From the NCBI GenBank assembly GCA_963757965.1, contig CAVWTV010000021.1, forward strand, positions 32,687 to 96,686: a stretch of 64,000 nucleotides of DNA, in the 5' to 3' direction. Source of the DNA: an uncultured Acidobacteriaceae bacterium. GTDB lineage: Bacteria; Acidobacteriota; Terriglobia; Terriglobales; Acidobacteriaceae. The translations under genes were made by a program, and so were the position numbers. Below the pieces are notes generated by a model. The model was not told the origin of the DNA. It was given only the letters and a program-made list of their open reading frames with translations, and ran no database searches. Positions 38,475 to 48,390 of the stretch are shown piece after piece (the stretch's first letter is position 1; every line of letters starts with the position of its first letter).

Positions 38475-38670
38475 GTGAAGCCGTTTGGTGCCGGTGCCTG
38501 CTCATGAAGAATATGCGCAGCCCTTCCAATTTGTTCCAATCGCCGATTACGGACAGCCGACGGACCAACTGCTCAGTCCTCTAAACTGGAACCCGAGTGC
38601 AGTCGAGGGAGCAGTTTGTCTGGTTTCATCGGCTTTGTCAGCCGCCAGGGCGGGACGGAAGCGCTCCGCC

Positions 38671-39384
38671 TCACCGCCCCAGGCTGAAAATCACATTGAC
38701 GGTGGTCTCCACCTCCACGGGCTGGCCGTCGAGCAGATAGGGCCGATAGACCCAGATCTTGACGGCGTCGAGCGCCGCCTGTTGCAGCATGGGCGGCCCG
38801 CCGATCACGCGCAAGTTCTCGATGGTCCCTACCTTTGAGATCGTGGCTTGCAGGGGCACGGTGCCTTGAATTCCCGCAGCCCTGGCAATGGCTGGATAAA
38901 TCGGAACAGTCTTTCGCAACAGCATTGCCGCAACGACGCCCGACGAGACGGGCAACGGGCCTTTGACCTCGGCGCGCACAACAGGCGCGCCACCGTGGCC
39001 TTGAAATATCTTGCTCGTGTCGTTGGCAGCGCCAGCCGGGTCCCAGCTCGCCACATTCTCAATCTGCGCCGGTTCCTTGTCATTCGGTATGAAGATACCC
39101 TTCGGAATCTTCCGCGGTATCAAGAGGTCGATGCCGGATATCTCCGACGCTGGCCGAGTAACTGGGCGCACGGCCTGCTGCGTGACGGGTTGTGGCTGAG
39201 TTGGTGTTGGCGGCGCGGCCATCAGAAAGGCCATCACCTGGCGCGGAAGAGCTTCGGGGTAGATGAGCGGAATCAGGATCAACGCCAACAGGATCGAGCC
39301 ATTGAGGGTGAGGGTTGCAATCATCCAGAAGCGGCTGCGGGTGCGGATTCTGCCGTTCGATTCGAAGGTGGAGTCTTCAAACAT
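38671..39384 (-). CDS. TonB-family energy transducer
   Basis: MFEDSTFES... N-terminus, single TM helix, Pro-rich linker (PPTPTQPQP) and TonB C-terminal domain (YPAIARAAGIQGTVPLQATISKVGTIENLRV). The ORF opens at 39402. Confidence 0.85.
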   Translation of the reverse strand: MFEDSTFESNGRIRTRSRFWMIATLTLNGSILLALILIPLIYPEALPRQVMAFLMAAPPTPTQPQPVTQQAVRPVTRPASEISGIDLLIPRKIPKGIFIPNDKEPAQIENVASWDPAGAANDTSKIFQGHGGAPVVRAEVKGPLPVSSGVVAAMLLRKTVPIYPAIARAAGIQGTVPLQATISKVGTIENLRVIGGPPMLQQAALDAVKIWVYRPYLLDGQPVEVETTVNVIFSLGR

Positions 39385-39635
39385 GGCCTGCCTCCCTGTC
39401 AAAGCGATTCAGCCGCTCCGTTGGGAGTCAAGAGGCCTTGGTGAGGCGCAGAGAGCCGGCCCGCTCTCCGCACCAATCAGGCGCGGGGAAGGGAACTCAA
39501 GGCCAACCGCCATCCGTTCATCCCTATCGGAACCACTGTGCTTGTGTAGACACCGCGCATGAAAAAAGTGTTCCCGAATTCTTCACGGCGCAATTCAAGC
39601 GTCGCATTCGAACAAGATCTGCGTTGGTCTTCGGG

Positions 39636-39670
39636 CAAAAAGATGGGGCGTCAGCCACGGCGGACGCCCC
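39636..39670 (-). terminator. rho-independent terminator downstream of the GH3 gene
   Basis: On the minus strand, GGGGCGTC-N10-GACGCCCC (8-bp GC stem) is followed by ATCTTTTTG, 24 nt after the stop. Confidence 0.7.
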
Positions 39671-39693
39671 ATCCGGCGATTGCTTCGTCGATG

Positions 39694-42369
39694 CTATTCC
39701 GGCAGTGTCAACTTACCCTTCACCTTGAAGGTGCGACTTACGATCTTTACGCCGCTATGCGGCTGTCCGCCGCCCACCGAGATTGTGTACTCGCCATCGG
39801 GGACGATCGGCTCTCCAGCTTCACTCACCATGCTCATATCGCGCGGGCTTAGCTCAAAGTGCACGTTTTGAGAGGCTCCGGCTTCCAAATGGACCCTCTG
39901 GAAGGCCCGCAACGCCCGCAGTGGCGCGCCGGGAACGTCGGGAAATTCGAGATAAAGCTGGGCCACTTCGTCGCCAGGTCTCATGCCGGTGTTGGTCACT
40001 GTAACTTCAACGGGGACAGGCGTGCCTGCCGGCACCGCATTGTTAGGACCGGTAAGTCCGCCGTAGGAGAAGGTGGTGTAACTCAGGCCGTACCCGAAGG
40101 GATAAAGTGGAATCCCCTCGAAGTAGCGATAAGTGCGGCCTTTCATCGAGTAATCCTCAAAAGGCGGCAACTGGCTAACATCCTTGTAGAAAGTTACCGG
40201 CAGCCGGCCCGCGGGATTGTTGCGGCCGGAGAGTGTCTGCGCCACGGCCGCGCCGCCTTCCTCGCCGGGGTACCACGCTTCGAGAATGGCGTTGGCGTGT
40301 TCCTTGGCCCAGTTGACGCCCAGGGCGCTGCCATTGGTCAGCACCACAACCAGCGGCTTGCCGGCGGCGGCAACCGCTTGGAGCAGCTCCTGTTCGGGTT
40401 TGGGCAGGTCGATGCTGGTGCGATCGCCGCCCTTGAAGCCCTCTTCGGTAACCTGCATCTCCTCGCCCTCAAGCTCGCTGGTGATGCCCACGACGGCCAC
40501 TACAACATCGGCGTTCCGCGCCGCGGCAATGGCTTCAGGGCTGGGCTTCAGGTCAACCTTCGACCACACCAGTTGGGCCGCGGCAGAGGTAATTTCACCG
40601 GGTGAGTATTCGACCTGCAACTGAGCTGGTTTTCCGGCCTCGAGATGCACGTGTCCGACTTTGGCTTCGGCGCTGTTTGAATCCCAGCCGGAGGTTACGT
40701 CCTTGCCGTCGAGATGAATGCGGAAGGAGCCGTCGGCTTTGAGGCCGAGGTTGTAATCGCCGGACTCCGGCGCGGTCAGAGTTGCCTCCCAGTGAATGGC
40801 CAGCGGCTTGACGCCGGCAACTTCGATGGGCAGCGGATTGGCAGCGGCGTCTATCGCGGGCTCGATGCGTGTGGCCAGGGGCGCGGACATGGCGGGCCGG
40901 TTCATGTTGGACATGTCGAGCCTGGCGTAGCTGGCTTTCACGCCCGGCTTGCCGTCAGTCGTGAGTATCCCCGCGGGAACAGGCGACGCGTCGTGGTTCA
41001 GAAACTGCGTGCCCGGGACGTACTGGATGGTGGCGTCGGTGAACTCGTTGCGCAGGCCCTCCAGAATGGAAACTGTGTGCGAGGGAATCCCGTTGTAGTT
41101 GCCCAGCAGCACCCTGGTCTGATCGGCGAGAGGACCGACAACGGCGATCTTGATGCCGGATGTCTTCAGCGGCAAAACGCCATCGTTCTTGAGCAGCACC
41201 ATGGATTCGTTGGCAATCTTTCTGGCCATTTCGCGGTGCTCAGCGCTGTCAAGAAGGCTCTCGTCGATCTTTGAATACGGCACCATCTCCGGCGGATCGA
41301 ACATGCCCAGTTTCATGCGCGCGGTAAAGAGCCGCGTGAGCGCAACGTCGATGTCGCTCTCTTTCAGAAAGCCCTGCTTGACCGCGTCGAGATAGGGCTT
41401 GTAGTCGTGGTCGTCGGTCACTTTCATTCCGCCATCGACACACTCATTGTCCATGCCGCGTTGCAGGCTGATGGCCGATGCCTCGGGCTGCGTCGGCTTG
41501 TAGTGGTGTCCGCTGAAGATGTCTCGAACCGCGCCACAATCCGAGACCACGTAACCCTTGAATGCCCACTTGCCGCGCAACTGGTCTTGCAGCAAGAATT
41601 CATTGGCGCATCCGGGCTCACCGTTGATGCTGTTGTACGCACACATCACTGACCCGGCCTTGGCCTCGGTCACTGTGGCGCGGAACGCGGCCAGATAAGT
41701 ATCAAGCTCATCGTGCTTGCTCACCGTTACGTCGGCGGTGTGGCGCGTGGGCTCCGGTCCGCTGTGCACGGCGAAGTGCTTGGGCGTCGAGATCACGCGG
41801 TAATAGTGCGGATCGTCGCCCTGCATGCCGGTCACGAACGCCACGCCCATCCGCGAGGTGAGGAATGGATCTTCGCCGTAGGTTTCCTGTCCGCGTCCCC
41901 AGCGCGGATCGCGGAAGATGTTGATATTCGGCGCCCAGAAATCCAGACCCGTGAAGAACGTGCCGCGCCCATCGCGCACCGCCTTCACATGCTTGATGCG
42001 GCCCTCGGTGCCGATTACCACGGCCATTTCATGAATTGCCGGCGCATCGAACGTGGCTGCGAGGCCGATGGGCTCGGGAAACTCCGTGGTTCCATTTTGC
42101 AGCACGCCATGCAACGACTCGCTCCACCAGTCGTAAGCGGGCACGTTCAGCCGCTGAATTGCCCGAGCCTGATTCACCAGTTGCGTGGCCTTCTCTTCAA
42201 GCGTCATCCGTTTTACCAGATCCGCCGCACGCTGCTCCGCGGGCAGGCTGGGATCCAAATACGGGGGCTTCGCGTCCGCGGGCTTCTGGGCGTCTTGCGC
42301 CCCTGCCGTCAAATTCGTGCCGCAACAGGTCAATCCTGCCACTAAGATCCAGAATCCAAGCTTCTTCAT
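39694..42369 (-). CDS. glycoside hydrolase family 3 beta-glucosidase/xylosidase (BglX-like, with PA14-like insertion)
   Basis: Signal peptide at 42369 (the ORF opens at 42432). GH3 N- and C-terminal domain text (WWSESLHG, RDPRWGRGQETYGEDP, VVSDCGAV, KIAVVGPLAD). Confidence 0.9.
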   Translation of the reverse strand: MKKLGFWILVAGLTCCGTNLTAGAQDAQKPADAKPPYLDPSLPAEQRAADLVKRMTLEEKATQLVNQARAIQRLNVPAYDWWSESLHGVLQNGTTEFPEPIGLAATFDAPAIHEMAVVIGTEGRIKHVKAVRDGRGTFFTGLDFWAPNINIFRDPRWGRGQETYGEDPFLTSRMGVAFVTGMQGDDPHYYRVISTPKHFAVHSGPEPTRHTADVTVSKHDELDTYLAAFRATVTEAKAGSVMCAYNSINGEPGCANEFLLQDQLRGKWAFKGYVVSDCGAVRDIFSGHHYKPTQPEASAISLQRGMDNECVDGGMKVTDDHDYKPYLDAVKQGFLKESDIDVALTRLFTARMKLGMFDPPEMVPYSKIDESLLDSAEHREMARKIANESMVLLKNDGVLPLKTSGIKIAVVGPLADQTRVLLGNYNGIPSHTVSILEGLRNEFTDATIQYVPGTQFLNHDASPVPAGILTTDGKPGVKASYARLDMSNMNRPAMSAPLATRIEPAIDAAANPLPIEVAGVKPLAIHWEATLTAPESGDYNLGLKADGSFRIHLDGKDVTSGWDSNSAEAKVGHVHLEAGKPAQLQVEYSPGEITSAAAQLVWSKVDLKPSPEAIAAARNADVVVAVVGITSELEGEEMQVTEEGFKGGDRTSIDLPKPEQELLQAVAAAGKPLVVVLTNGSALGVNWAKEHANAILEAWYPGEEGGAAVAQTLSGRNNPAGRLPVTFYKDVSQLPPFEDYSMKGRTYRYFEGIPLYPFGYGLSYTTFSYGGLTGPNNAVPAGTPVPVEVTVTNTGMRPGDEVAQLYLEFPDVPGAPLRALRAFQRVHLEAGASQNVHFELSPRDMSMVSEAGEPIVPDGEYTISVGGGQPHSGVKIVSRTFKVKGKLTLPE

Positions 42370-42662
42370 CACAGTCCTCACCAACGGGCTGGCCCCTCTC
42401 GCGCTGTTCGCTGCCGCGAGTCCTGGTTCCACGCTCCGGCAGCTAACCCTAATGCTCCCAGGAAGTGCCTGTCAAGCGGGCTTGGAATACGATTCCTTTT
42501 CAATAGAAAATCGCTTTAGTTGATCAGGAAAAAACACGAAGCGGCAAGCTGCCGGAGAAGGGCGCCAAGGCAAGGCTGCAGCTGAGACGGTGCGCGGTTG
42601 GCTGACTGGATGTAACCTTTCATGTTCAGGTCTCGTAAGCATAGATAGAAGGGGAAGGGCGG

Positions 42663-43196
42663 ATGCAGAATGAAACGAGCAGCGTCCTGAACGAGTTTCG
42701 GCAAGGCGACTTGAACGCCTTCGAAACGCTCTTTCACATGCATCGGCGCGCAGTCTATGGCTGGATTCTACGCATCGTTCGCAACCCGGCAACGGCCGAA
42801 GACCTGACCATCGAGACTTTTTGGCGCATCCACCGGGCGCATGCGCGTTTTCAAACCTCGCTTGGCTTCGAGGGCTGGTCACGCCGTATCGCCACTCATG
42901 CAGCGCTTGACTACCTGCGAACCAGGCGTCCTGAGGCGGAGTTGCCCGCGGACATTGCAGCGCCGCCCAGCGCCGATCCGGCCATCGGCGCGGAGATTCG
43001 ATTCAAGACCGCACAGGCCTTTCAGCGGCTGCCGCCCAAATTGCGCATTGCCGCGATTCTTTCGGTAGTCGAGGAGCAGCCGGGCAAGGATGTGGCCGAG
43101 GCGCTGGGCATTTCGGTTGCCGCCGTAAAACTGCGCGTATTTCGCGCGCTGCGATTACTGCGAAAGGACCTTCAACAACAGGGGATCACACCATGA
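42663..43196 (+). CDS. ECF-type sigma-70 family RNA polymerase sigma factor
   Basis: Region 2 (FETLFHMHRRAVYGWILRIVRNPATAEDLTIETFWRI) and region 4 HTH (GKDVAEALGISVAAVKLRVFRA). Confidence 0.9.
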   Translation: MQNETSSVLNEFRQGDLNAFETLFHMHRRAVYGWILRIVRNPATAEDLTIETFWRIHRAHARFQTSLGFEGWSRRIATHAALDYLRTRRPEAELPADIAAPPSADPAIGAEIRFKTAQAFQRLPPKLRIAAILSVVEEQPGKDVAEALGISVAAVKLRVFRALRLLRKDLQQQGITP

Positions 43197-43444
43197 ACGC
43201 ACACGATGAGGACCGCACCAAGCAACTCTTGAAACAGGCTCTGCCGCCGATCAAAAACGAGGTCGGGGGCGAAGCGGAACCCGAACGCGACCTGTGGCCG
43301 GCAATGCTGCTGCGGCTCGATGCGAAGCCTGCCGCTCCAACCCTGCTTCTCGTACCGTGGTTCGATTGGGCGCTGCTTGCCGGGCTCGTGGGCCTCGCTG
43401 CTGTGTTTCCGGCGTCGATTCCAGTGCTTCTTTATTACTTGTGA
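43193..43444 (+). CDS. putative anti-sigma factor (small single-pass membrane protein)
   Basis: ATGA overlap with the sigma gene. 83 aa with a C-terminal TM helix. The call rests on context. Confidence 0.5.
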   Translation: MNAHDEDRTKQLLKQALPPIKNEVGGEAEPERDLWPAMLLRLDAKPAAPTLLLVPWFDWALLAGLVGLAAVFPASIPVLLYYL

Positions 43445-43482
43445 ACCCGCGGACTTAATTGCCCGCAGAAAGCGAGATTCCA

Positions 43483-43929
43483 ATGAACACCCATCCGTAT
43501 CTTCGCGCTTACCTGGCGGGAGTATTTATTCCAACGCTGGTGCTGCCGCTGCTTCTCACCGTGTTTATCGTTGCGCGCATCGTGCTTAAAGTGCCGGTTC
43601 CGATCGAACAGGCCATGATCTTTCCCATGGCCGTGGTGCCTTCGCTCTTTGGGCTGTGGAACATGCTCTATTTGGGCTCGCACGCACAGACGCACTTGCC
43701 CATCGGACTGCATGGGGCAATATTGCCCATGCTCATGATGCCGGTTGGAGCATGGGTCGGCAGTTGCCTCGGAGTGCTTGTGCTCGGCTCCCATGGGGTG
43801 ACGTGGTTCCAGGCGTGCGAAGTGCCTTACACGCTCATAGCACCTTGCTTTGTGGCCGCTTTGATTGGTTACTACCTGGTCTGGAAGTACGTCGTGGGCT
43901 TTATCAACAGAGTGCTGGGAATTGCGTGA
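43483..43929 (+). CDS. hypothetical polytopic membrane protein
   Basis: 4-5 predicted TM helices, third gene after sigma/anti-sigma. The ORF opens at 43459. Confidence 0.55.
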   Translation: MNTHPYLRAYLAGVFIPTLVLPLLLTVFIVARIVLKVPVPIEQAMIFPMAVVPSLFGLWNMLYLGSHAQTHLPIGLHGAILPMLMMPVGAWVGSCLGVLVLGSHGVTWFQACEVPYTLIAPCFVAALIGYYLVWKYVVGFINRVLGIA

Positions 43930-43949
43930 TGCTGGAGACTCGCTCCGTT

Positions 43950-45125
43950 CTAGGCACCGGGTTCGAAGAAGTCATCGAGGCCGGCGCGATGGGCATGAGC
44001 AACCATTGACGTCTGAATCTCGAGCGCCAGGGCCAGCGCGTTGCGGCCCTGACGGGCTGTAACGCGCGGCTCAACACGGCTGCGCACTGAATTGAGAAAC
44101 GACTCGATCTCCAGCCGCAGCGGCTCACCGGGTGTGACCTCCGGCTTTACGAACGAGAGCCCCGGCGCCGGACCCGCCTGGGCAACGAACGCAGCAACGA
44201 CTGCCGGATCGATCCTGGCCTCCGCCGCGAATTGCGCAACCATGGCGGGGTCGACCTTCCCGGCCGCCAGAGCTGAAGCCAACGGTGGCGGGATCATCGC
44301 GGCGATATGAGGCGGGAGAGTGGCAAGCAGATTCGGAGCAGATCCCTCCGGGCTCCCGGAATCGAGCCGAATCACCAGCAGGTCCTGCCGCGCATAGTCG
44401 ATCGAGACGTACTGGCGCGGCTCGAAGAAACGCAGCTTGCGGACACGCTCCGTGGAAACGCGCGAAGCTGTGAAGTTGGCCACGCAGCCCGATTCAAATT
44501 CGACGCGGACATTGGCAATGTCCACCTTGGGCGACAGAATGGGCAACCCTACAGCGCGCACCTCGCGCACCGGCGAGTCGGCGAAGGTGAGAACGATGTC
44601 CAGGTCGTGGATCATCAGATCGAGCACTACGTCGACGTCAAGCGCTCTGGGCGTGAAGATGGAGAGCCGGTGGGCCTCAAAGAACATGGGCCGTCGCAAT
44701 TGCGGTTGCACCGTGAGAACCGCGGGGTTGAATCGCTCCAGGTGGCCCGGCTGCAGAATGCGCTTGCCCTTTTCCGCAAGGTCAATCAGTTCGTCGGCCT
44801 GTGCGAGGCTCGCCGCCAGCGGCTTTTCAACCAGCAGGTCGAGTCCCGCATCGAGCAGGGCAGAAGCAACTGCGTGATGATGCACAGTGGGCACGGCAAC
44901 GGAGGCCGCGTCCACTGTGAGATCTGAATTGCGCCTTGCGGCCAGCAACTCCTCGACTGAGGAGTAGACAGGGATTTCATATTTTGCCGCGGCATCGGCC
45001 GCGCGGGTCGCGTCCGGCTCGACCGCTGCTACCAGAGCAACGCCTTGCCCTGCTGTTTCCAGCTCGCGATAAACGCGGAGATGGTTGCGTCCAAAGGCGC
45101 CGGCTCCGGCAACAGCGACGCGCAC
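43950..45125 (-). CDS. Gfo/Idh/MocA-family NAD(P)-dependent oxidoreductase with Ala/Pro-rich internal insertion
   Basis: Rossmann motif VAVAGAGAFGRNH and EKPLA motif. The GTG at 45125 avoids overlap with the small upstream ORF (an alternative ATG lies at 45191). Confidence 0.8.
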   Translation of the reverse strand: MRVAVAGAGAFGRNHLRVYRELETAGQGVALVAAVEPDATRAADAAAKYEIPVYSSVEELLAARRNSDLTVDAASVAVPTVHHHAVASALLDAGLDLLVEKPLAASLAQADELIDLAEKGKRILQPGHLERFNPAVLTVQPQLRRPMFFEAHRLSIFTPRALDVDVVLDLMIHDLDIVLTFADSPVREVRAVGLPILSPKVDIANVRVEFESGCVANFTASRVSTERVRKLRFFEPRQYVSIDYARQDLLVIRLDSGSPEGSAPNLLATLPPHIAAMIPPPLASALAAGKVDPAMVAQFAAEARIDPAVVAAFVAQAGPAPGLSFVKPEVTPGEPLRLEIESFLNSVRSRVEPRVTARQGRNALALALEIQTSMVAHAHRAGLDDFFEPGA

Positions 45126-45139
45126 GATGGATTGGCCGG

Positions 45140-45376
45140 TTATTGCGCAGCCCCGCTTTCCGGCGCTTTGCCTTGAACGGCTTTCAGGCAACGGGTGTAG
45201 AGCGCGAGCAGTTGGTCCACTTGCTCCTCTGTCTTGGGAGCGGAAGCGCCGCTGAACCCGGTGGAGGGCACGGCGGTACGTCCCACGCCTGCCGTGGCGG
45301 CTACAAACTTGAGCAGGTCGAGAGCGATGTCTTCATTGCGCCGGGCGCCGAGGCCCGCGCTGGATAGAGCGTCCAT
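45140..45376 (-). CDS. hypothetical small protein
   Basis: 78-aa ORF ending 14 nt before the oxidoreductase GTG. No motif recognised. Confidence 0.35.
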   Translation of the reverse strand: MDALSSAGLGARRNEDIALDLLKFVAATAGVGRTAVPSTGFSGASAPKTEEQVDQLLALYTRCLKAVQGKAPESGAAQ

Positions 45377-45481
45377 TCGGAATGATCTCCAAGGAAGATG
45401 CTAGCAGATTGATGGTTTGCTTCTCACGTTGCATCGTATCCTTCTCCGAGACGATTGACCGGTCGCTGTAGTCTTGAACAC

Positions 45482-46042
45482 ATGCATACGGCGTACATCG
45501 GCATGGGCGGCAACGTAGCCAGTTGGGCCGGGCCGCCGGAGGCTACTCTGGCCGCTGCCGTCCTTCGGCTTGAATCCATTGGCCGCGTGGTTTGCCGCTC
45601 TTCGCTCTACTCGACCGAGCCGGTTGGAATTGCGGAGCAGCCGCGATTTGTGAATGCTGTCATCGCCATCGAGACAAGGTTGGAGCCGCGGCAGATGCTC
45701 AATGAGCTGCTGGCGATCGAGTTGGAGTATGGGCGAGATCGGGCAGCAGAGATTGCGAACGGACCAAGGACGCTGGACCTGGACATTCTTCTCTTCGACG
45801 ATGCGCGGATCAACGAGGCAGGCATTGAAATTCCGCATCCGCGACTCGGCCAACGCGCCTTCGTCCTCATCCCACTGTGCGAGATTGCCCCGCAGGTTCT
45901 TGATCCCAGCACCGGAAGAACCGTGACACAATTACTCCACGACCGTTTCCCCAACTCCGAAGGCGACAGCGATGCGGTGCTTAGAATTCAAGGCGATGGT
46001 TGGCGCGCTTGTTGTGGCCATGCTGGCTCCAGCCTCGATTAG
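45482..46042 (+). CDS. folK: 2-amino-4-hydroxy-6-hydroxymethyldihydropteridine pyrophosphokinase (HPPK)
   Basis: AYIGMGGN, SSLYSTEPVG...QPRFVNAV, RTLDLDILL and IPHPRL...RAFVLIPL motifs. Confidence 0.9.
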   Translation: MHTAYIGMGGNVASWAGPPEATLAAAVLRLESIGRVVCRSSLYSTEPVGIAEQPRFVNAVIAIETRLEPRQMLNELLAIELEYGRDRAAEIANGPRTLDLDILLFDDARINEAGIEIPHPRLGQRAFVLIPLCEIAPQVLDPSTGRTVTQLLHDRFPNSEGDSDAVLRIQGDGWRACCGHAGSSLD

Positions 46043-48266
46043 CGGCCAATCCCCGTTAACGAATCCGGTCGCGATCACAGTCACGGACAGCCGAGGCGCG
46101 GCAGTCGGCGGAGCGACTGTCGAAGATTCCGCAGGAAAGCTGTTCGGGTACACCGACGCGAACGGCAAGCTGACGATTGCCTGCGTTGCTTCGTGCGGCG
46201 TGCGAGTAAGTGCTGACGGGTTCTCGGAAAAAATCGTGCAACTCAACGGCTCAACAACCATCCGGCTCGACCCAGCCGCTGATATTGAACAGGTCACTGT
46301 GACTGCGTATCGAACTCCACTTGGCTCGCTGGAGAGCCCGGTGACCACTCGGCTGCTGACACAGACCGACCTCGATGCTACGGCCTCAGTCACTCTCGAC
46401 GGAGAAATGCGACGGCTTCCCGGCGTCGAGCTTTTTCGCCGGTCAAGTTCGTTGGTGGCCAACCCATCTTCACAAGGCATCAGTCTGCGCGGTCTCGGTT
46501 CAACTTCGGCCAGCCGCACGTTGCTCACCGAAGACGATGTCCCCCTGAACGACGCATTCGCCGGAACGATTCACTGGCTCGAACAGCAGGAGCTGGCGAT
46601 TCAACGAATCGAACTGGTGCGCGGCGGCGCGAGCGACCTCTACGGATCGAGCGCCATCGGCGGCGTCGTCAACGTGGTTCCGGTACGGCCGGGGTCGGAC
46701 CGGATGGAGCTAAGAAGCAGCTACGGCGTGGAAGGCACCTACGGCGACAGCTTGATGCTCCAGGCCAAGCACGGCCCGTGGGGGTTGCTGACGAGCGGCG
46801 GCGTTGTGGGAACGGACGGGTTCATCCAGGAGTCTCCGCCGCAGCGCGGGCCGGTGGATGTTGCCAGCAACGTTCACAGTCAGAATGGCGTGCTGCTGGC
46901 CGAACACGACCTTGGCGCGCTGAGATTTTTCGCGCGCGGCAACGGCTTCAACGAAGCGCGCAACAACGGAACTCCTTTCCAAACCAATGGAACGCGTCTT
47001 TGGCGTTACTCGACCGGCGCGGACTGGCGAGGCCCGCGGCAGGGAACGCTCGTCGCACGGATTTACGGCTCGACCGATCACTTTCGGCAGACATTTTCGA
47101 GCATCTCGAACGTGCCGATTTTTGGGAATCCAACCTGTTCCTATCGCTGCGGCGAGATTCCCAGCAAGTTCTCGCTGACGCCCAACAACGAAATCGGAGC
47201 GGTTGCGCATTGGAACCAGCCGCTCACGGCGGGACTTCTGCTTGTGGCCGGCGCGGATACGCACGACACCCGCGTGTGGGACCGGGAGCAGAGCTATGGG
47301 TCATCGGCGGCGCTGACCAACTTGCACGATCATCAGCGGGACTCCGCCGGCTATGCGGAGGCCATGTGGGTGCGCAAGGGATGGACCGCGACCGGCTCCG
47401 TCCGCATGGACTGGTTCGAGAACTTCGATGGGCACGAACTGCTTTGGAACGGGACAAGCTGGGGCGCCAACCCAACCCAACCCACGCAGTTCAATCAACA
47501 TTTTCTTGACCCGCGCCTGGGCCTTTCGCGCAAGCTCTTCGATCATTGGGCTGTCTCCGCGTCGGTTTTTCGCGCCTTCCGCGAGCCGACGCCCAATGAA
47601 CTCTACCGCTCAACGCAAGTGGGAAACCAGCTCACCAAACCCAACAGCAGCCTGCTCAGCGAGCGCGCAACGGGCTGGGAGATAGGGTTGGCGACCGAGT
47701 ATCGGTGGGGTAGCGTGCGCACCAGCTACTATCTCACGCAGGTCAATCGCCCCATCACGGCGGTTACGATCAATGCGAACTCCTCGCCCATTCTGCTGAT
47801 GAGGGAGAACCTTGGCCAGATTGAGAGTCGCGGGGTTTCCGTGGACTATGAGCTTGCGCCGCGGCGCTGGCTGGGCTTGGATGGCGGCTATCAGTTTGCA
47901 CGCGCCACGGTGACCCGAGGCAGCCTGGGCAGTCAAGATTTGGGCAACTGGATTCCCGAAGTGGCGCGCAACATGGCGACGATGAACTTGCGCGCATTGC
48001 GGCCTGCACTGGGCACTCTGAGCCTGCAAGGACGGTTGAGTGGACGGCAGTTCGACGACGACGCCAATGCTTACCTCCTGCACAGCTACCTCCGGCTCGA
48101 CGTCTACGGCTCGCACGAATTCGGCAAGCGATTCGAATTATTCGCAGCCGGGGAAAACCTGCTTAATCGCGAAATCGAAGTGGCCAAGACACCCACGACT
48201 ACGCTGGCGACGCCCAGGGTTGAACGTGCGGGGATTCTGATTCGCTTGGGCCGGGAGAGACATTAG
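45972..48266 (+). CDS. TonB-dependent receptor with N-terminal carboxypeptidase-regulatory-like domain
   Basis: Signal peptide, CarboxypepD_reg-like segment (ITVTDSRGAAVGGATVEDSAGK...TDANGKLTI), plug domain (LVRGGASDLYGSSAIGGVVNVV) and a long beta-barrel. Confidence 0.85.
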   Translation: MRCLEFKAMVGALVVAMLAPASISGQSPLTNPVAITVTDSRGAAVGGATVEDSAGKLFGYTDANGKLTIACVASCGVRVSADGFSEKIVQLNGSTTIRLDPAADIEQVTVTAYRTPLGSLESPVTTRLLTQTDLDATASVTLDGEMRRLPGVELFRRSSSLVANPSSQGISLRGLGSTSASRTLLTEDDVPLNDAFAGTIHWLEQQELAIQRIELVRGGASDLYGSSAIGGVVNVVPVRPGSDRMELRSSYGVEGTYGDSLMLQAKHGPWGLLTSGGVVGTDGFIQESPPQRGPVDVASNVHSQNGVLLAEHDLGALRFFARGNGFNEARNNGTPFQTNGTRLWRYSTGADWRGPRQGTLVARIYGSTDHFRQTFSSISNVPIFGNPTCSYRCGEIPSKFSLTPNNEIGAVAHWNQPLTAGLLLVAGADTHDTRVWDREQSYGSSAALTNLHDHQRDSAGYAEAMWVRKGWTATGSVRMDWFENFDGHELLWNGTSWGANPTQPTQFNQHFLDPRLGLSRKLFDHWAVSASVFRAFREPTPNELYRSTQVGNQLTKPNSSLLSERATGWEIGLATEYRWGSVRTSYYLTQVNRPITAVTINANSSPILLMRENLGQIESRGVSVDYELAPRRWLGLDGGYQFARATVTRGSLGSQDLGNWIPEVARNMATMNLRALRPALGTLSLQGRLSGRQFDDDANAYLLHSYLRLDVYGSHEFGKRFELFAAGENLLNREIEVAKTPTTTLATPRVERAGILIRLGRERH

Positions 48267-48290
48267 GGTAGCGGGTCGGTTTGGAAGAAG

Positions 48291-48390
48291 CTTCCCTCGG
48301 GGGCTAAAGCCCGACGTTTACTTTGTTGCATTTGCGGCACGACTCAAGTCGTGCCCTTTCAAAGCAAGGAGTTTTTCCGCAGCCTGTGAA
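48291..48390 (+). repeat. dispersed intergenic hairpin repeat, copy B
   Basis: GGGGCTAAAGCCCG...TTGCGGCACGACTCAAGTCGTGCCCTTTCAAAGC...GAGTTTTTCCGCAGCC. Confidence 0.85.
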
